DNA of 64,000 nucleotides. It comes from the human T2T-CHM13v2.0 reference genome, Homo sapiens. Below the pieces are notes generated by a model. That model ran no database searches. It worked only from the letters and a program-made list of their open reading frames with translations, and was not told where the DNA came from. Numbering within the stretch: the first letter of the stretch is position 1; each line of letters begins with the position of its first letter. The DNA lies in the NCBI RefSeq assembly GCF_009914755.1, contig NC_060947.1. One strand, written 5' to 3'. This document shows positions 13,191-25,930 of this stretch, piece after piece. The position numbers and the translations under genes were made by a program.

Positions 13191-14029
13191 AAAATAGATT
13201 TTCTTTTACTTCTTCCTTTTTTTATTCTCATCTCACTTGCCCTGGTGCTACTTAATTTCTGGTTCCGACCCCCATGAGAGCAAGAAAAATGAGTGATATA
13301 TGTTGAGGAAACTTCTGATAGCTTCTGATTTGTACAAAGAGATAACCTGTTTGGAAGTAATTGCCATGTTACCCATCTTAAAACAAATATGTAAATATTT
13401 AAATCTGAAACAAAAAACTCTATAAAAGCAATAATAGTCTATTGAATTTCATACAGCTAGATCCAGCAGTGAGGCACATGTTGTTAGTTGCTTTTGCCAA
13501 TACTGGTGGTGAAATAGCCACACTCTCACCTGTTTGTTCTCATCAATTACCACACAGAGTTTGCAGGACAGCTGGTGGCAGAGAAGACAGGACTACTGCC
13601 TATAGCTGTGTAATAGAATAATGCTGCCTGGCCCATTTTGGGAAAGTATCATGCTTTCACGATTCTCATGCTTTAATACATGGAATAAATGACTACAGAC
13701 TCCTCAAAAACCTGGTATATCTTCCAGAAGCACTTTTTGGACATCATAAACTTAGAGAGTTTTTCACATGCATAGCCAAATTACATTTGGAAAGTGAGCA
13801 AATGGGTAGGATTTTCTGATGACTGTCTCCCCAGAGGTCAACATGACAATTTCCTTATAAGCTAGATGGAAACAGAGAAAAATCATCTTTATGTCTTTAT
13901 ATCCTGAATTCTTATTTGAAGCAAAAGAGAAAGGGTGTATTTTAAATGATACTTTGCCTTCATTTACACATCTGCAAAATTTCTTTAAAAAAAACCCCAC
14001 AGCAACACAATTTTGGTAGATCAACCACA

Positions 14030-14158
14030 CTTTTTTAAAAGTTTCAGATGGGGTTTCATTATATTTCCCAGGCTGGTCTCCAACCACTGGGCTCAATCCA
14101 TCCTCCTGCCTCAGCCTCCTGAGTAGCTGGGATTACATGTGCATGCCACCATTCCCAG
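14030..14158 (-). mobile_element. Alu monomer (FLAM-like)
   Basis: ccaggctggtctc..cctgcctcagcctcctgagtagctgggattac; single arm only. Confidence 0.75.
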
Positions 14159-14344
14159 AAATCATATTTATATTAAAGTCATAATTGCTGTGCAAAAGTA
14201 AATATATCTTTCTACAGACCTTACTTAGCATTTCAATACTGTCATCAAAATTTTTTGAGAGGTAAATAAATGATATCTGGAACTGTGTCATGAATAAAGA
14301 GGCTATGGGTAATGAAAGGCATTTATACCTTAGCTACTTCTTAG

Positions 14345-14717
14345 GCCCCCTTCAAAACTCATGTTGAAATTTAATTGCCATTGTGACAGTATTAAGAGGT
14401 GAGACCATTAAGATTAATTAGACCATGAGGTCTCCACTCTCATGAATAGACTAATGTTGATAAGGCAGTAGTGAGTTTGGTATTGCTAGAGTGGGTTGGT
14501 ATGAAAGTGAGTTTGGCCCTCTCTTCCTTGCTGTCTCTCACTCCCTTGTGCTTCCACCTTTTGTCATGGGATGCCACAGCAAGAAGGCTCTTGCCAGAAG
14601 TCAGTTCCTTGATATTGGACTTTCCATCCTCCAAAACTGTGATAAATACATTTCTTTTGTTTATAGATTACCCAGTCTCAAGTATTATGTTATAGCAGCA
14701 GAAAATGGACTCAAACA
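14345..14717 (+). mobile_element. MaLR solo LTR (MST family)
   Basis: caaaactcatgttgaaatttaat..ttacccagtctcaagtattatgttatagcagcagaaaatggactcaaaca. Confidence 0.75.
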
Positions 14718-16650
14718 GCTGCCTTGCTAACTAGGCTACTTTTTGGTGAAACTTCAACCTTCATTACCCATGTTTCTCTCCCCAAAACTGTTATTTAAGT
14801 GAAGTAAAGAAAAAGGCATATACTTTATTACTGAATTTTCAATGCTCAGTGGATGATTGAGTTAGCCTGATAGCTTTTTGCGAAAAGGTAGGTTTTGAGA
14901 TAGCTGTATTTAACTTTGAAATTTGAATGTATTCAAATATTTATTTATGGGTAAAATTTATGGGTAAAACTTCATGAATTATCTGGTTGATCGCTATCTC
15001 TAAGGGGTCTAATTGGTACTTTATATTTCTATTTCTGCCAAATATGAGCCCTAGTTTTGATTTAAAATATGAACTACAAAATGCCATTTTTTTCTTTATT
15101 TCTACTTCTATAACTGTTCTTCCCATAGCATGACATCTCCTTTTCTGCCCATGTATATCAATTTTTCAAAACACAGCAGAAGTTTTAATCCCACATAAAC
15201 TGTGTCACAACTACTTTAACCCACAATTATAGTTCCTTCTTCTGAATTTCCATTGCAGTCTTAGCTTATACCATGCAGCTAATGGTCTGTGGCTATTTTT
15301 TATGCCATTCTTCAATAATTTTATAGATGTTATTTTGCCTCCCAAGAAAATTAGAACATTCCCTGAAGTCAATATGGATTGCATATTTAACTTTTTTGGT
15401 AAAATCAACACTTAACACAATAGTGAATGCACGCAGTAGACATTCAATAAATATGGACTATTTGCACAAAGGAAAACAAGTTACAAACAAAATATGAGGT
15501 AATATCCATAAATTATACACTTCATGGCTTTGGAAAATTCTTGGTGCCATGGTCATTGTCATTGTTCCCAGCAATTTGGTTCCTATATTACACCATACTG
15601 TTATGTAATCCAACTAAGATGATATCTTACCAAACAGGTATTTCTAGGTAAAATTGTTTATTATTATAGTAATTTGATAAGAACAAAAGGCATTCCTCAG
15701 GCTTTGTTGCTATTATCAGGAAAAAAATATGCAACCTATTATACTGAAACTATTTATCTAAATGTGATTCACCAACTATTAGCAGGCATTAACCCAAGTT
15801 GCAATTTCCTCTCTGATACGACAAGAAGTAAAAGAGCTTTAACACCCCACAACAATAATACTGCTAATAATACTATTATTTTTACATAAGGACAAGGTGC
15901 GTAATAAACTGAAGCAAGAATAGAAACAGAATCTGGGGAATCAAGAGATTACTTAATAGTGAACCATGCTAGGCAAGTGAACAGATTCTTCTGGAAAATA
16001 TGTTGGAAACATGCCACTTTCTTGTATAGATGGAGACAACACACTCTGGCAGGAAGATGTGGACTTGCAGACCCCAAAGGTTACTTCTATATGAGTTGTG
16101 TTGATTTGCAGTAGTGACCATTCCTTTACATTAGTACTTTGTACTTATGCATTATTCTGTCTCTCTCACACACACACAGATACACAGACACCATATATCT
16201 AAAAATTGAAGCACATGGTATTTGAGTCTGTTATCTTTCCTTAAGAGAAAAGAAATATACATTACTGTTGAACTGTAGCAACATATACTAATATTGAAAA
16301 TAAGGAAGACACAATCTCCCAGGTCTAGCCTGCACAGCACAAATTTTATGTAAATTTAGGCAGGTTTGCCAAGTTTATGGCTTTGTCCTAGAGCAACAGT
16401 AATTGTCTTGGATGATGGAATGGTTGTTGTAATTTCGGAGCAATTAATCTGTAGATCAATGGCAGAAAAGAAAGCTGGGAAAGTAAACTTGCTTAAAATG
16501 AAATTTAGGCTGGACAAACAGAAAGTTCCCTATGCAAAAATGTTGCATGGCCAAACCTAAGCTAATATTTATAAATTTATGATACCTGTTATGCCATTTA
16601 TTCTGACCCTCCCAACTTGAGAGAAACTTCCAGAGCTCTATTACAGGAAA

Positions 16651-16727
16651 TACACACACGTACACACACACACACACACACGCGCGTGCACACAGACATA
16701 GACAGAGACAGAGAGAGAGAGAGAGAG
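16651..16727. repeat. Compound (CA)n-(CG)n-(GA)n microsatellite
   Basis: Directly visible in sequence. Confidence 0.95.
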
Positions 16728-17389
16728 CTTATAAACTAACAGACAAGATGAAGGATATAACTGCAACGTGAGGGGCTAAAAAATAATGTCACAATGATTC
16801 TTAGAGGAGTTCTTGTTTCATCTTCACAGATAGAAAAGCAATTTAGCCCCCAAACCTCTGTTCTCCACCAAGTTAATAATATGCATCCCCAAACTGGAAG
16901 TTTAAGTTACAATATTAGGCACAATACTCTGCTCAATGTGTTTCCAAATTTGAGGAGACTTGACAACTACCTTGTAGAAACTAAAACTTCATAAATAACT
17001 CTTTAAAAAATATCATGCTTCCATGATTCTTCTAAATCCTTCTTGAAATGATTTGTCTTTCCAACTGCCCTGCATCAGAATTAATGTAGTGAATGCCTTT
17101 ACCATCCATCTACTACTGTGCAAACACCAGTCCCACATTTAAGTTCAAAGGAGTGTCACAGATTCATCCCCACCCACCCCCCTCCCCACTCCTTTTCTCC
17201 CTCCCTTCCTTAGCAACTGGTAACCCCAGAAAGAGAACTCCAAATCTAGAAAGAAGCAGTTGGTCCCTGGCTTCATTCTAGTTGCCAAGCCTCTAAAGCA
17301 GAAGCAGGAGTCATTTCTCCAGACCTAGCTGGCCTGTTCAGTGGGTTATCTCCACCACCTCAGGAAAGCTATTCTGATCAAATTTCTTC

Positions 17390-17409
17390 ATGGCTTGTAT
17401 TGAAAACGT
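17390..17409 (+). CDS. PRR32: PRR32 coding exon 1 (MACIENV, phase-2 donor)
   Basis: ATG GCT TGT ATT GAA AAC GT followed by donor GTAAGT at 17410-17415; splices in frame to 18205 to give MACIENVLGGHAPSP, the PRR32 N-terminus as I recall it. Confidence 0.88.
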
Positions 17410-18204
17410 GTAAGTACAAAACCGAGTACAACTGTTTAATTTTGAAGGCAAAGTCAGTTTGAATTGCTTTATTGTGTAACTGGGACAGGGATGAGTGGGT
17501 TGGAGGAGATGTGGGAGGAAATTACAGACAAAAACTTGAAGGACATAAATTTAGTTACTAAGAATACCGGATTTAAGAGTGGCAACTTTGAAGTGTAATT
17601 TTGAAAGAAAATTTACAAATCCCTAGTCTAAACAGTGGGGTTTAAACATGAGGAAATTCTTACTCTAGGGTGTGGTGGTGGTTGAATGAAAGAATTTTTA
17701 ACAAAATTTGGTGTGAGTGTTGAATGATACCTCAAGAAGAGAAACTTGTGTGTTTGTTAACATAACTAACTTTTCTTTGACTTCTGTGAAGAAAAAGATA
17801 TTTTACTTCGGAAGACATACCAGAACAATCTTGCCAGAATCTGAATGCCAGGATTAGTGAATCATAGATCCTAGAGAGAATTGAAAAAGCTGGTATTTTC
17901 TATTATATGCTTACTATTAAGTTATGTGCATCTTCTAAGCTTCCTTGCTGCCTTGTGGAGGTGGGGAAATGAGGAATGAAATAGGCCACTGAGTAGTCAT
18001 GAAGGGTAATCATGTAGCCTAGTACTAAAGAAGCCACCTGGGAAGGGGCCAGAGCGCTGAGCAAGTATTTGGCTACATATAGGGGAGAGGGCACTCCTTT
18101 TTTCCCTGGTATATTTCAGTGAGCTCAGTCAATTACATATTGTAGCTATTTTCTGGTCAGTGCATTTCCATTTTTATTAGCTGTTTGATTTCTGTTTTTG
18201 CAAG

Positions 18205-19081
18205 CCTTGGAGGGCACGCCCCTTCACCCTTGGTAGTATCTGTGGACAAAAATGGGAACCAGGAGCTGCACCACGACATGCCCCTGCAATGTCTGAGTTC
18301 CAAGCCAGAGGATGACGCAGAGCCCTGGGGTCAACCTCAAGTACCGCTGAGACCTTCCGTCAATGTGCTGACTGATCTGGATAGCAAGCAACTGGAGTGG
18401 CCCTCTGAAAGAACAGGATCCTGCATTCCTCTTCATAGCTTGAGAGCTCATAGACACCCCTACGGGCCACCACCTGCTGTTGCAGAAGAGTCCCTAGCAA
18501 CAGCAGAAGTAAACAGCTCTGATGCACTGGCAGGCTGGAGGCAGGAGGGACAGGATGCTATTAATGTGTCCTGGGAAGTCTCTGGCGGCCCTCCTGCACT
18601 GATAGTAGGGGGCACAAAGGTCAACAATGGGGGCACTGAGAGAGGCAGTAATAACGCAAGGTTGCATGTAGCTTTGCCACAAGGTAAAGGGTTCTTTCCA
18701 CCCAGGGGCCCACAAGTGAGAGGCCCTTCACATATTCCCACCCTTAGATCAGGGATAGTAATGGAGGTGCCGCCCGGAAATACACGAATAGCCTGCAGAG
18801 GAAAGCTGGCTCATGTTTCTTTCCCACTCAGGGGCCCATGCCACCCCATGCATAATTGGCCAAGGCCTATCCCGTTGTCTTCCAGTACTCCAGGTTTACC
18901 TTCTTGCTCTACTGTTCATTGTTTCATCCCTCCTCGACCTCCGATTTTCAATCCCTTTCTCACTATGCCTCTTCCTTTTGCTCCTCCTCCAATATTTGGT
19001 CCTCCACTGCCTTCTTATTTTGCCCATTTCCATTCTGGGGGAATGCCAGCTCCTGCATCACCCAACAGAGAGCACAGCTGA
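18205..19081 (+). CDS. PRR32: PRR32 (proline-rich 32, CXorf64) coding exon 2; spliced protein 298 aa
   Basis: Only long non-repeat ORF in the window; acceptor tttctgtttttgcaag ends 18204; TGA at 19079-19081; Pro-rich C-terminus ending PASPNREHS. Confidence 0.9.
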
Positions 19082-19149
19082 TGGCAAAAAGGAAGGATGA
19101 AAAAAGGGTTGTGGAAAGAGGTGAAAGTTATTCATTTATGCTTTTATAT

Positions 19150-19296
19150 TTGAAACCTTGTACCCTCCCACACTCTGTTTAGCACTAATGTGCCCTACTT
19201 GAAACCTCGTACCCTCCCACACTCTGTTTAGCACTAATGTGCCCTATTTGAAACCTTGTACCCTACCACACTCTGTTTAGCACAAATGTGCCCTAC
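19150..19296 (+). repeat. 49-bp tandem repeat x3 in the PRR32 3' UTR
   Basis: Unit ttgaaaccttgtaccctcccacactctgtttagcactaatgtgccctac at 19150, 19199 and 19248. Confidence 0.97.
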
Positions 19297-19305
19297 ATAC
19301 TGGAG

Positions 19306-19315
19306 ATTAAATAAA
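19306..19315 (+). terminator. PRR32 polyadenylation signal (overlapping ATTAAA/AATAAA)
   Basis: ATTAAA 19306-19311 and AATAAA 19310-19315, ~230 nt after the stop, followed by TG/T-rich sequence. Confidence 0.75.
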
Positions 19316-19923
19316 GATTGTGAAGTCTGAAATGTTGTAAATTATTTTTCAAAATGACACCCCAGGAACCAAAGCCTTGGATTTTGTGTTCTATCTTTAA
19401 GGTAATTAAAGCAGAAACAAACCTGTCAGTGTTTTCTAAATGGCTTAGTTAAATGACTGTTACTATTTTCTATTGAGTTGTCTTGCAGTGTGACTGGGGA
19501 AGGGTGGTTAGGTTCTTCCTAGGCCAAGGCTAGATTGGGGAATCTCTATCTACCCAAGGCTATAAGGGGTGCTTAGAGCTGGATGGCTGAATTAAGATAA
19601 GTTCCATAAAGGCAGCCTAAAGTTCAGATAATAGAGAAAAATGAACAAACAGTAAAAGAAGCCAGATGAGATTGAGGTGAGAGTAATAGAGCTAACATTT
19701 AGCAGTCATAGGCAGAACCAAGTTGAAAAGTCAGGAAAGAAGGAGGAGGGAAGATGGAAGAGTATTCTTAGACCACTGCTTCAACACGAACTGGTGTTTG
19801 TGTTTCAACTTTTCCTTGTTGCTAATTACATAGTATATATAGCTCTGGCTCAATAAGAGTCCAAAATCAAGGTGGAACAGGACTGATCCTTTCACCCTTT
19901 GTCTCAACAAAGAGCTTACTATA

Positions 19924-20303
19924 TGTATTAGATCCATTCCCACACTGCTAATAAAGACATACTCAAGACTGGGCAATTTATAAAGGAAAGAGGTCTAATT
20001 GACTTACAATTCCACATGGCTGGGGAGGCCTCAGGAAAATTACAATTAGGGCAGAAAGGGAAGCAAACACGTACTTCTTTACATGGCAACCAGAGAGAAA
20101 AGTGCAGAGTGAAGGTCGGGGAGGCACTTATAAAACTGACAGATCCTGTGAGAACTCACTCATTATCACGAGAACAGCATAAAGATAACTGCCCCCATGA
20201 TTCAATTACCTCCCCGTGGATCTCTCCCAAGACAGACACAGGGGGATTATGGGAACTGCTGTTCAAGATGAGATTTGGGTGAGAACACAGCCAAACCATA
20301 TCA
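19924..20303 (-). mobile_element. THE1 solo LTR (THE1B/C-like)
   Basis: tgtattag...ccaaaccatatca termini; perfect 5-bp TSD ctata at 19919-19923 and 20304-20308. Confidence 0.9.
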
Positions 20304-23300
20304 CTATATGCTCAGAACATTGAAGTGCAAATGAAAATACTTTACTCACATGGAAATGTTTTTCTCAGATACTGCTGTGTTTGTATTCCTCATAATTTGC
20401 TACAGCACCCCATTATAATGATGGTTCTGAGAGATTATCAAAATGTTCAGATGGGAGCTTTTAAAATTTCAAGTAACAAAAATAAGGATGCAGCATGCAG
20501 TGTGAAAGGATGTACATTTTGACAGCTGTATAACAATTCACTATATAGTAAAATGACCTAAAATATAGTGCCATTGTACATGAACAACCAATCAACTAGA
20601 AACGTCTAAAGAGGATGTTTCTTCAAATAAGCATTTTTAATATTCAGTGCTGATAGTGTAGGTGATATAACCAGTTAGACAGAGGCTGAAAAAGCCTGCC
20701 AGAGACAAAAACCAATAAAGAATTTTTAGCACCAAGAAAGAGTCATTTGCTACTCTGGTGAGGACACATAGATTGATTAAGTTTCTTTTATTTGTTTCAT
20801 AACAAGTCATTCTAAATGTACAGGTGGTATTCTAAGGTTTAGCAGGAATATCTGGATAGTGACTGATAGAATTCCTCTCACCCCATGTATGTCCTGAAAC
20901 TGGCATGATTCCATCAATTCACTCTGGTGGATTGAACACAAGTATTCAGCACATCTTTGTACAGCTGCTCGTGATAAGGTAGCTTAGTCCTAGTGTACTA
21001 AATATCTGTTGAATTTTAATCCTTATGAACAGAGAAATTGGGCATGCTTATAGTCATCAAAAATATCTTTTGAGCCAGATGTTGAAAGATATTTTGAGAA
21101 GAAATCAAGCCATCATGTCAATGGTAGTGCTACGTCTCTAGAGAGTTGCCAAAAGGTGTGGTAAGTGACGGCAGGACAGGATTCGTTTTCCTTCTCACAG
21201 GAAGTAAGTAGGTCAGATCTATGCTCAGAAAAACTTAACTTACAATTAATTAAAGAAATCCATGACAAATTGACTAGAACAAGCAAGTGACATCAATACA
21301 ATTGGCTCCTTTTCAGCTCTCTTTTCTCTTTCCTCACCCTGTGTGTGTGTTTTTTTTCTATGTCATGTCTAGACACTGAACACCAATAGTAAGCAATAAT
21401 GAATACCTATTAGCAAATTGAGACACTAAAGTTGTATTTATACCTCTGAGGTGCAGGGTAAATATGTTTTCTTTAGTTTATGAAGAGTTCTGGGCCTATA
21501 TAACCAATTTCAATGAATGCAAGTATCAAATAAGCCTGGAATCCTGCTGTTAAATGCAAATATTTTTGTTTATACATGGCTTCTGCATGGAAATACGGTA
21601 TTACTTTGTTATCACACATGACAGTGTCCTGAATGACAGCAAAACATCTGTTTTTAAACAAACAAGTCACATTAAAGTTGTTATTTTAAAATTATTATGG
21701 TAGAATGTGATCCATATTAATCCTAAACCATAACATGATATTCATTTTGGAAAGCGCTCATAAAGCAATGTATTCAACACTCTTGAATATATATTATTTA
21801 TTTTTATTCTCTGTGGCTTAAATAGATTCTAGCCACAAAAGGGAAAGATGAACATCAGCATAGCAGTCCTTTCTTCTGGTAATAATGACAATGGGTTAAG
21901 TATTTCCTATTTGAAGCTATAATCATTGTCACAAGAAGATTCATTTTATACTGTTTATTATTTATAGTTCTCATTATATTCCTTGTCACAAGACTGTAGC
22001 ATCAGAATTTTAATGTCCTATATATTCTCTAGAAGATAATAATAAACTCTGTAACACTGACCTTTTACATGTCTACAGTATGATTCATTAGCCATTTCTA
22101 TTTTTTACTGTTTACAACTTCTGTAGCATGAGTGCAAAAGGTACACATACAGCCAATGAAAGTGCAGAATACTGAAAAGGTTGAAGTTCAAAGTTATGAA
22201 ATATTTAAAGTTTATAGTCTTTCATAAACTAGAATGCCATTAACATTATGCCTCATTCTTCTGAGAATTATTACAACAAAAACACTAAACAGGAACAAAT
22301 GATTTATTTTCACTGGAGTCTTAAGGTTGAAATCACAGTGCTATCTTTCTCCACCATGAAACAAGAGGCTCATTGTGAGGTCGTCACTAAATAACTGGGT
22401 AGCACATATATAACGGGAGAGAAGAAAATCATTCCATAACTATTACATAGTACTATAACAATGGCTTTGCATTATTCATTGTTACTGAGAGATAATTTTT
22501 AAAGTCCCTAAATAAAGGGCTATGTAAAATGACCCTATTTCAAGACAAATGGGCCAAAGCCAGAGCCAAAATACATTTTATAGAGGTAAAAAACATAATG
22601 GCAGGTCATAGGCTAATTTCATAGCTACCACAAAACCTTGAATGTCTTCTTTATAATGAGGTGGATTGAGTGATATTCCCATAGAAAGATAAAGTGATAA
22701 GACTGAATTAAGTAAAATAACTCATCTATTTCTCTTTGGTGATATTACTTGTTTTTTATAATAATAATGTATAGCATTTATCAAATCAAGTCACGATTTG
22801 AGAAGTTAGAGAAATTGTGCTTCATCATGCAATCTTTTTCTTAAGTGCTTGAGAAGGTGCTACTCTTGCTAAACAATGATTAAATAAATGCACTTTCTCA
22901 CCCACCTTTGAGGACTTTACTGTCATTCTGAAAAACTTTCCAGTGTTTGCATTTCTCAAAAAATAAAAAAACTCTCAGTTAAGCTTATTTTTATGAAAGT
23001 GACTTGCCTATTTCTTTTTGGGAATGAAAGGGTATGCTGTATTATTTTATATAGGTAAGCTATATTTTTCCTCAATTCTGAAAGTTCCTCATGTAAAATA
23101 AAACAATATAAATAAAGCCCATAAATTCATCAATCCTGCAACAAAGGACTTTATCCATCTAATCATGTTTGATCATAAAATTTGCTGGGAAGATTATAAC
23201 TGATTTATCAAACATCACGATTATAAAAGCTGTGACTCAGAGGCAAAGCAACACAGGGAGTATGGGGGAATTGATGGATGGTGTTTGCACATGTGACAAA

Positions 23301-25099
23301 GAGAAGAACAGATGGAGAAAGACTGAGGATTAAAAATAGAGAGGGGTAGGGACACAGTCAGTTGAGAAGAGATGAAATTCTTTAGAACAGGAAGCAGCTG
23401 CAAATTGGAAATACTATGGGAATAATAATAAATTTGGATGTGGGAGGACATAATCCAGAGAAAACAGGGTGAGGTGGTCTGAAAAAAATAGTGTTATGAA
23501 TTAAGGGTTTCATGACAGAAAAATCTATGTGCAGAAGCCACACATTTGAGGGGGTGGGGATGAGGTGATTAGAGAAATACTATCTAGTCTGCCTAAAAGT
23601 GAATCCATCTCCACTGCTCCATTCCTTCCTATAAATATCTCTCCTTAGACAGCAGCCAATCTCACATTCCCTATGCCAAACTGGAAACACTTTCTGGTTT
23701 AGGTTTCATTAATCCACCAAACTGGCCTAGACAAACAAACACATCATCATCAAGGTGAACTTCATTAGTGATGTGGGTATGCAATGAATTGGATTCAAAC
23801 AAGAACATTTTTTCCTTAAAGTTCTCAAATATACCAGATCTTCATTTTTTAAATTTAAACTTTAATAATTTTTCCCTAGTGAGGTACACTGATGATTTTC
23901 TAATTTTGTCTTTTATTCCTCCCCGCAAAATTATAATTTCTTAGGTGGAATTACTGACATTATTTAAGCACACTACATCCAGAAACCAAGTAGTCTATTA
24001 TGTTCACCAGGGGAATATTTATACCTACTTTAGGTAAAAAAATTGTGTGCATTGTGTTAATCCTCATTGATACTTGACAGCTAATTAGCAATGCATTCTA
24101 TAATAAATAGGTGAAGGACAGTGTTTAATGCCACAAATAAAAGGTTGATTATCTATAAATAGAGCAATTTAAAAAACATATTAGTAATTAGTCACATCTG
24201 GAGAAAAATAGTCAAACATAATGTTTCATAGTTTAAAACTACCTATGAGATAGTCCATAAAGATCATCAGTAAAACCATGGATAATTCCACGTCTAGAAA
24301 ACATGAGTTAAAAAATAATCTCCTCAGAGTTTATATGAGCTGTTACAGCTTCAGTACTAGATATTTTCACAAATCAATTGCAATCTATATTCATCCCAAA
24401 GTGTCCAAGTTTATAATTAGTTAATATTGCTAACCTTATGAGTAGAATGAAACCATGAACATGTCATTTCAAAACAGTGTAAAAGCTCATTTCTCCTTTA
24501 TTCATTGTATATGAAGTGAAGTTATATAAGGAAAGTGGTAATTACAATGCCTAAATGTTGTTCTCTGTACTTTACTTGATGTTATTCTTTTAACATGGCC
24601 AGCAATGGAGGCTGCAAAGGAAAATCAACCCTTGACTGAAAGCTGGTAAAAAGTCATTCAGTTTTGGGTCTTAGGCTTTTCTAGCCAAAACAAACAAGCA
24701 AACATAACAAAGTATAAAGCAAGGAATCCATGGGCTTTAAAATTATTAATCTGCCTTTATTAAATGTAAAATATATTCAATAAATACTCTCCCTAGGGCG
24801 CAATAGAAAATTAAAATGAAATAGACAACTACGGGTGTAACTGATTACTAACAGAAAATTAATTTTTTACCAGTAACAGAAGGTATGCTCTTTATGGTTC
24901 AGTGGGTTCTCATATGCTCATGAGTCTTTATTTAGAATTTCTACCTCTTCTGTTGGTCTGATGGCTCCTCAATTTACAAATAGAAAAACTGAGACTTCAA
25001 AGATTTAGTGATTTGACTAAAAACAAGATGTTACTATGTGGTGGAGTCAGAATCTTCTTGTTAAACTACATTTTAAAATGTATTTTAAATATATTAAAT

Positions 25100-25930
25100 A
25101 TATATGTACATGGTAAGAGGAAACTCTCCATAAACACAAGAAGACAATGTAAGAACTAGATAAATATTGATGTAGTCTTGACCTTTCTTTTTACAAAAAT
25201 AAATCATGTAAGAACATACTAAAGTATTTTCTAAAATTGTGCCAAAATTGCCATAAGCAGATTGAAGAGCAAATGGCAAACTGAGGGAAAAGTTGCAATG
25301 TATTTAGAAAAAGGTTTAAATATTCTTAATATATAAATTATTTACATGAGTCAATAAGAAAAGTTGCATATATCTATAGAAAAATGAATACATAACACAA
25401 AAAGATAATTTACAAAAGAAATAACCAATAAACATATAAGTTGATAAATGAAAATTAAATTAATAAATACAATTTATTATCTATCAAAATGGAAAAGTTT
25501 ATTTCATGTAATTATGTTTATTGTTAGAAAAGATTTAGGCAAATGAGTGCTCTTATATACTATCTGTGAGAGAAAAAATAGAACTTTTATTGAGAGCAAA
25601 TTGAAATAGTAAACAAATACCTTAAAATTGGAATGTTTTCTGATCTAAAAGTTCCACTTGTTGGAGTTTAGTCTGAGGAAATAATCATAGATATCAATAG
25701 AGGTTTAGATACAATATGTTAATCTTAGCTTACAATATGCCTATTATGACAGCAAAAAGATCAGGAGTAAACTAAATATTCCAAAACAGATAATTGTCTA
25801 ATTAAAATTATGGTAAAATCAGATGATAGAATACCTAATGTCACTATCAGAACAATAACAGATAACTACAATTTTAAAAATGAAAACTTCTACATACATT
25901 TTAAGTAAAAAAAATAGTTTTAAAAGAGTT
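25100..25930 (+). mobile_element. Very old L1 (L1ME-like) 3' remnant
   Basis: A-rich degenerate L1 3' pattern (aaaatgaatacataacacaaaa..ttccacttgttggagtttagtctgaggaaataatc). Confidence 0.45.

Noticed and set aside
14943-14968. 13-bp tandem duplication atttatgggtaaa x2
   Set aside because: Ordinary slippage duplication with no functional context
18185-18204. ORF-track start of the 298-aa ORF (MISVFAS)
   Set aside because: It begins at TTG inside the intron's polypyrimidine tract; the upstream ATG exon gives the recognised N-terminus
18224-19182. Overlapping alternative-frame and antisense ORFs within PRR32 exon 2
   Set aside because: Short, several with non-ATG starts, no recognisable domains; expected by chance in GC-richer coding DNA
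19150-19296. Repeat array as CRISPR-like
   Set aside because: Head-to-tail units with no spacers, no cas genes, eukaryotic context
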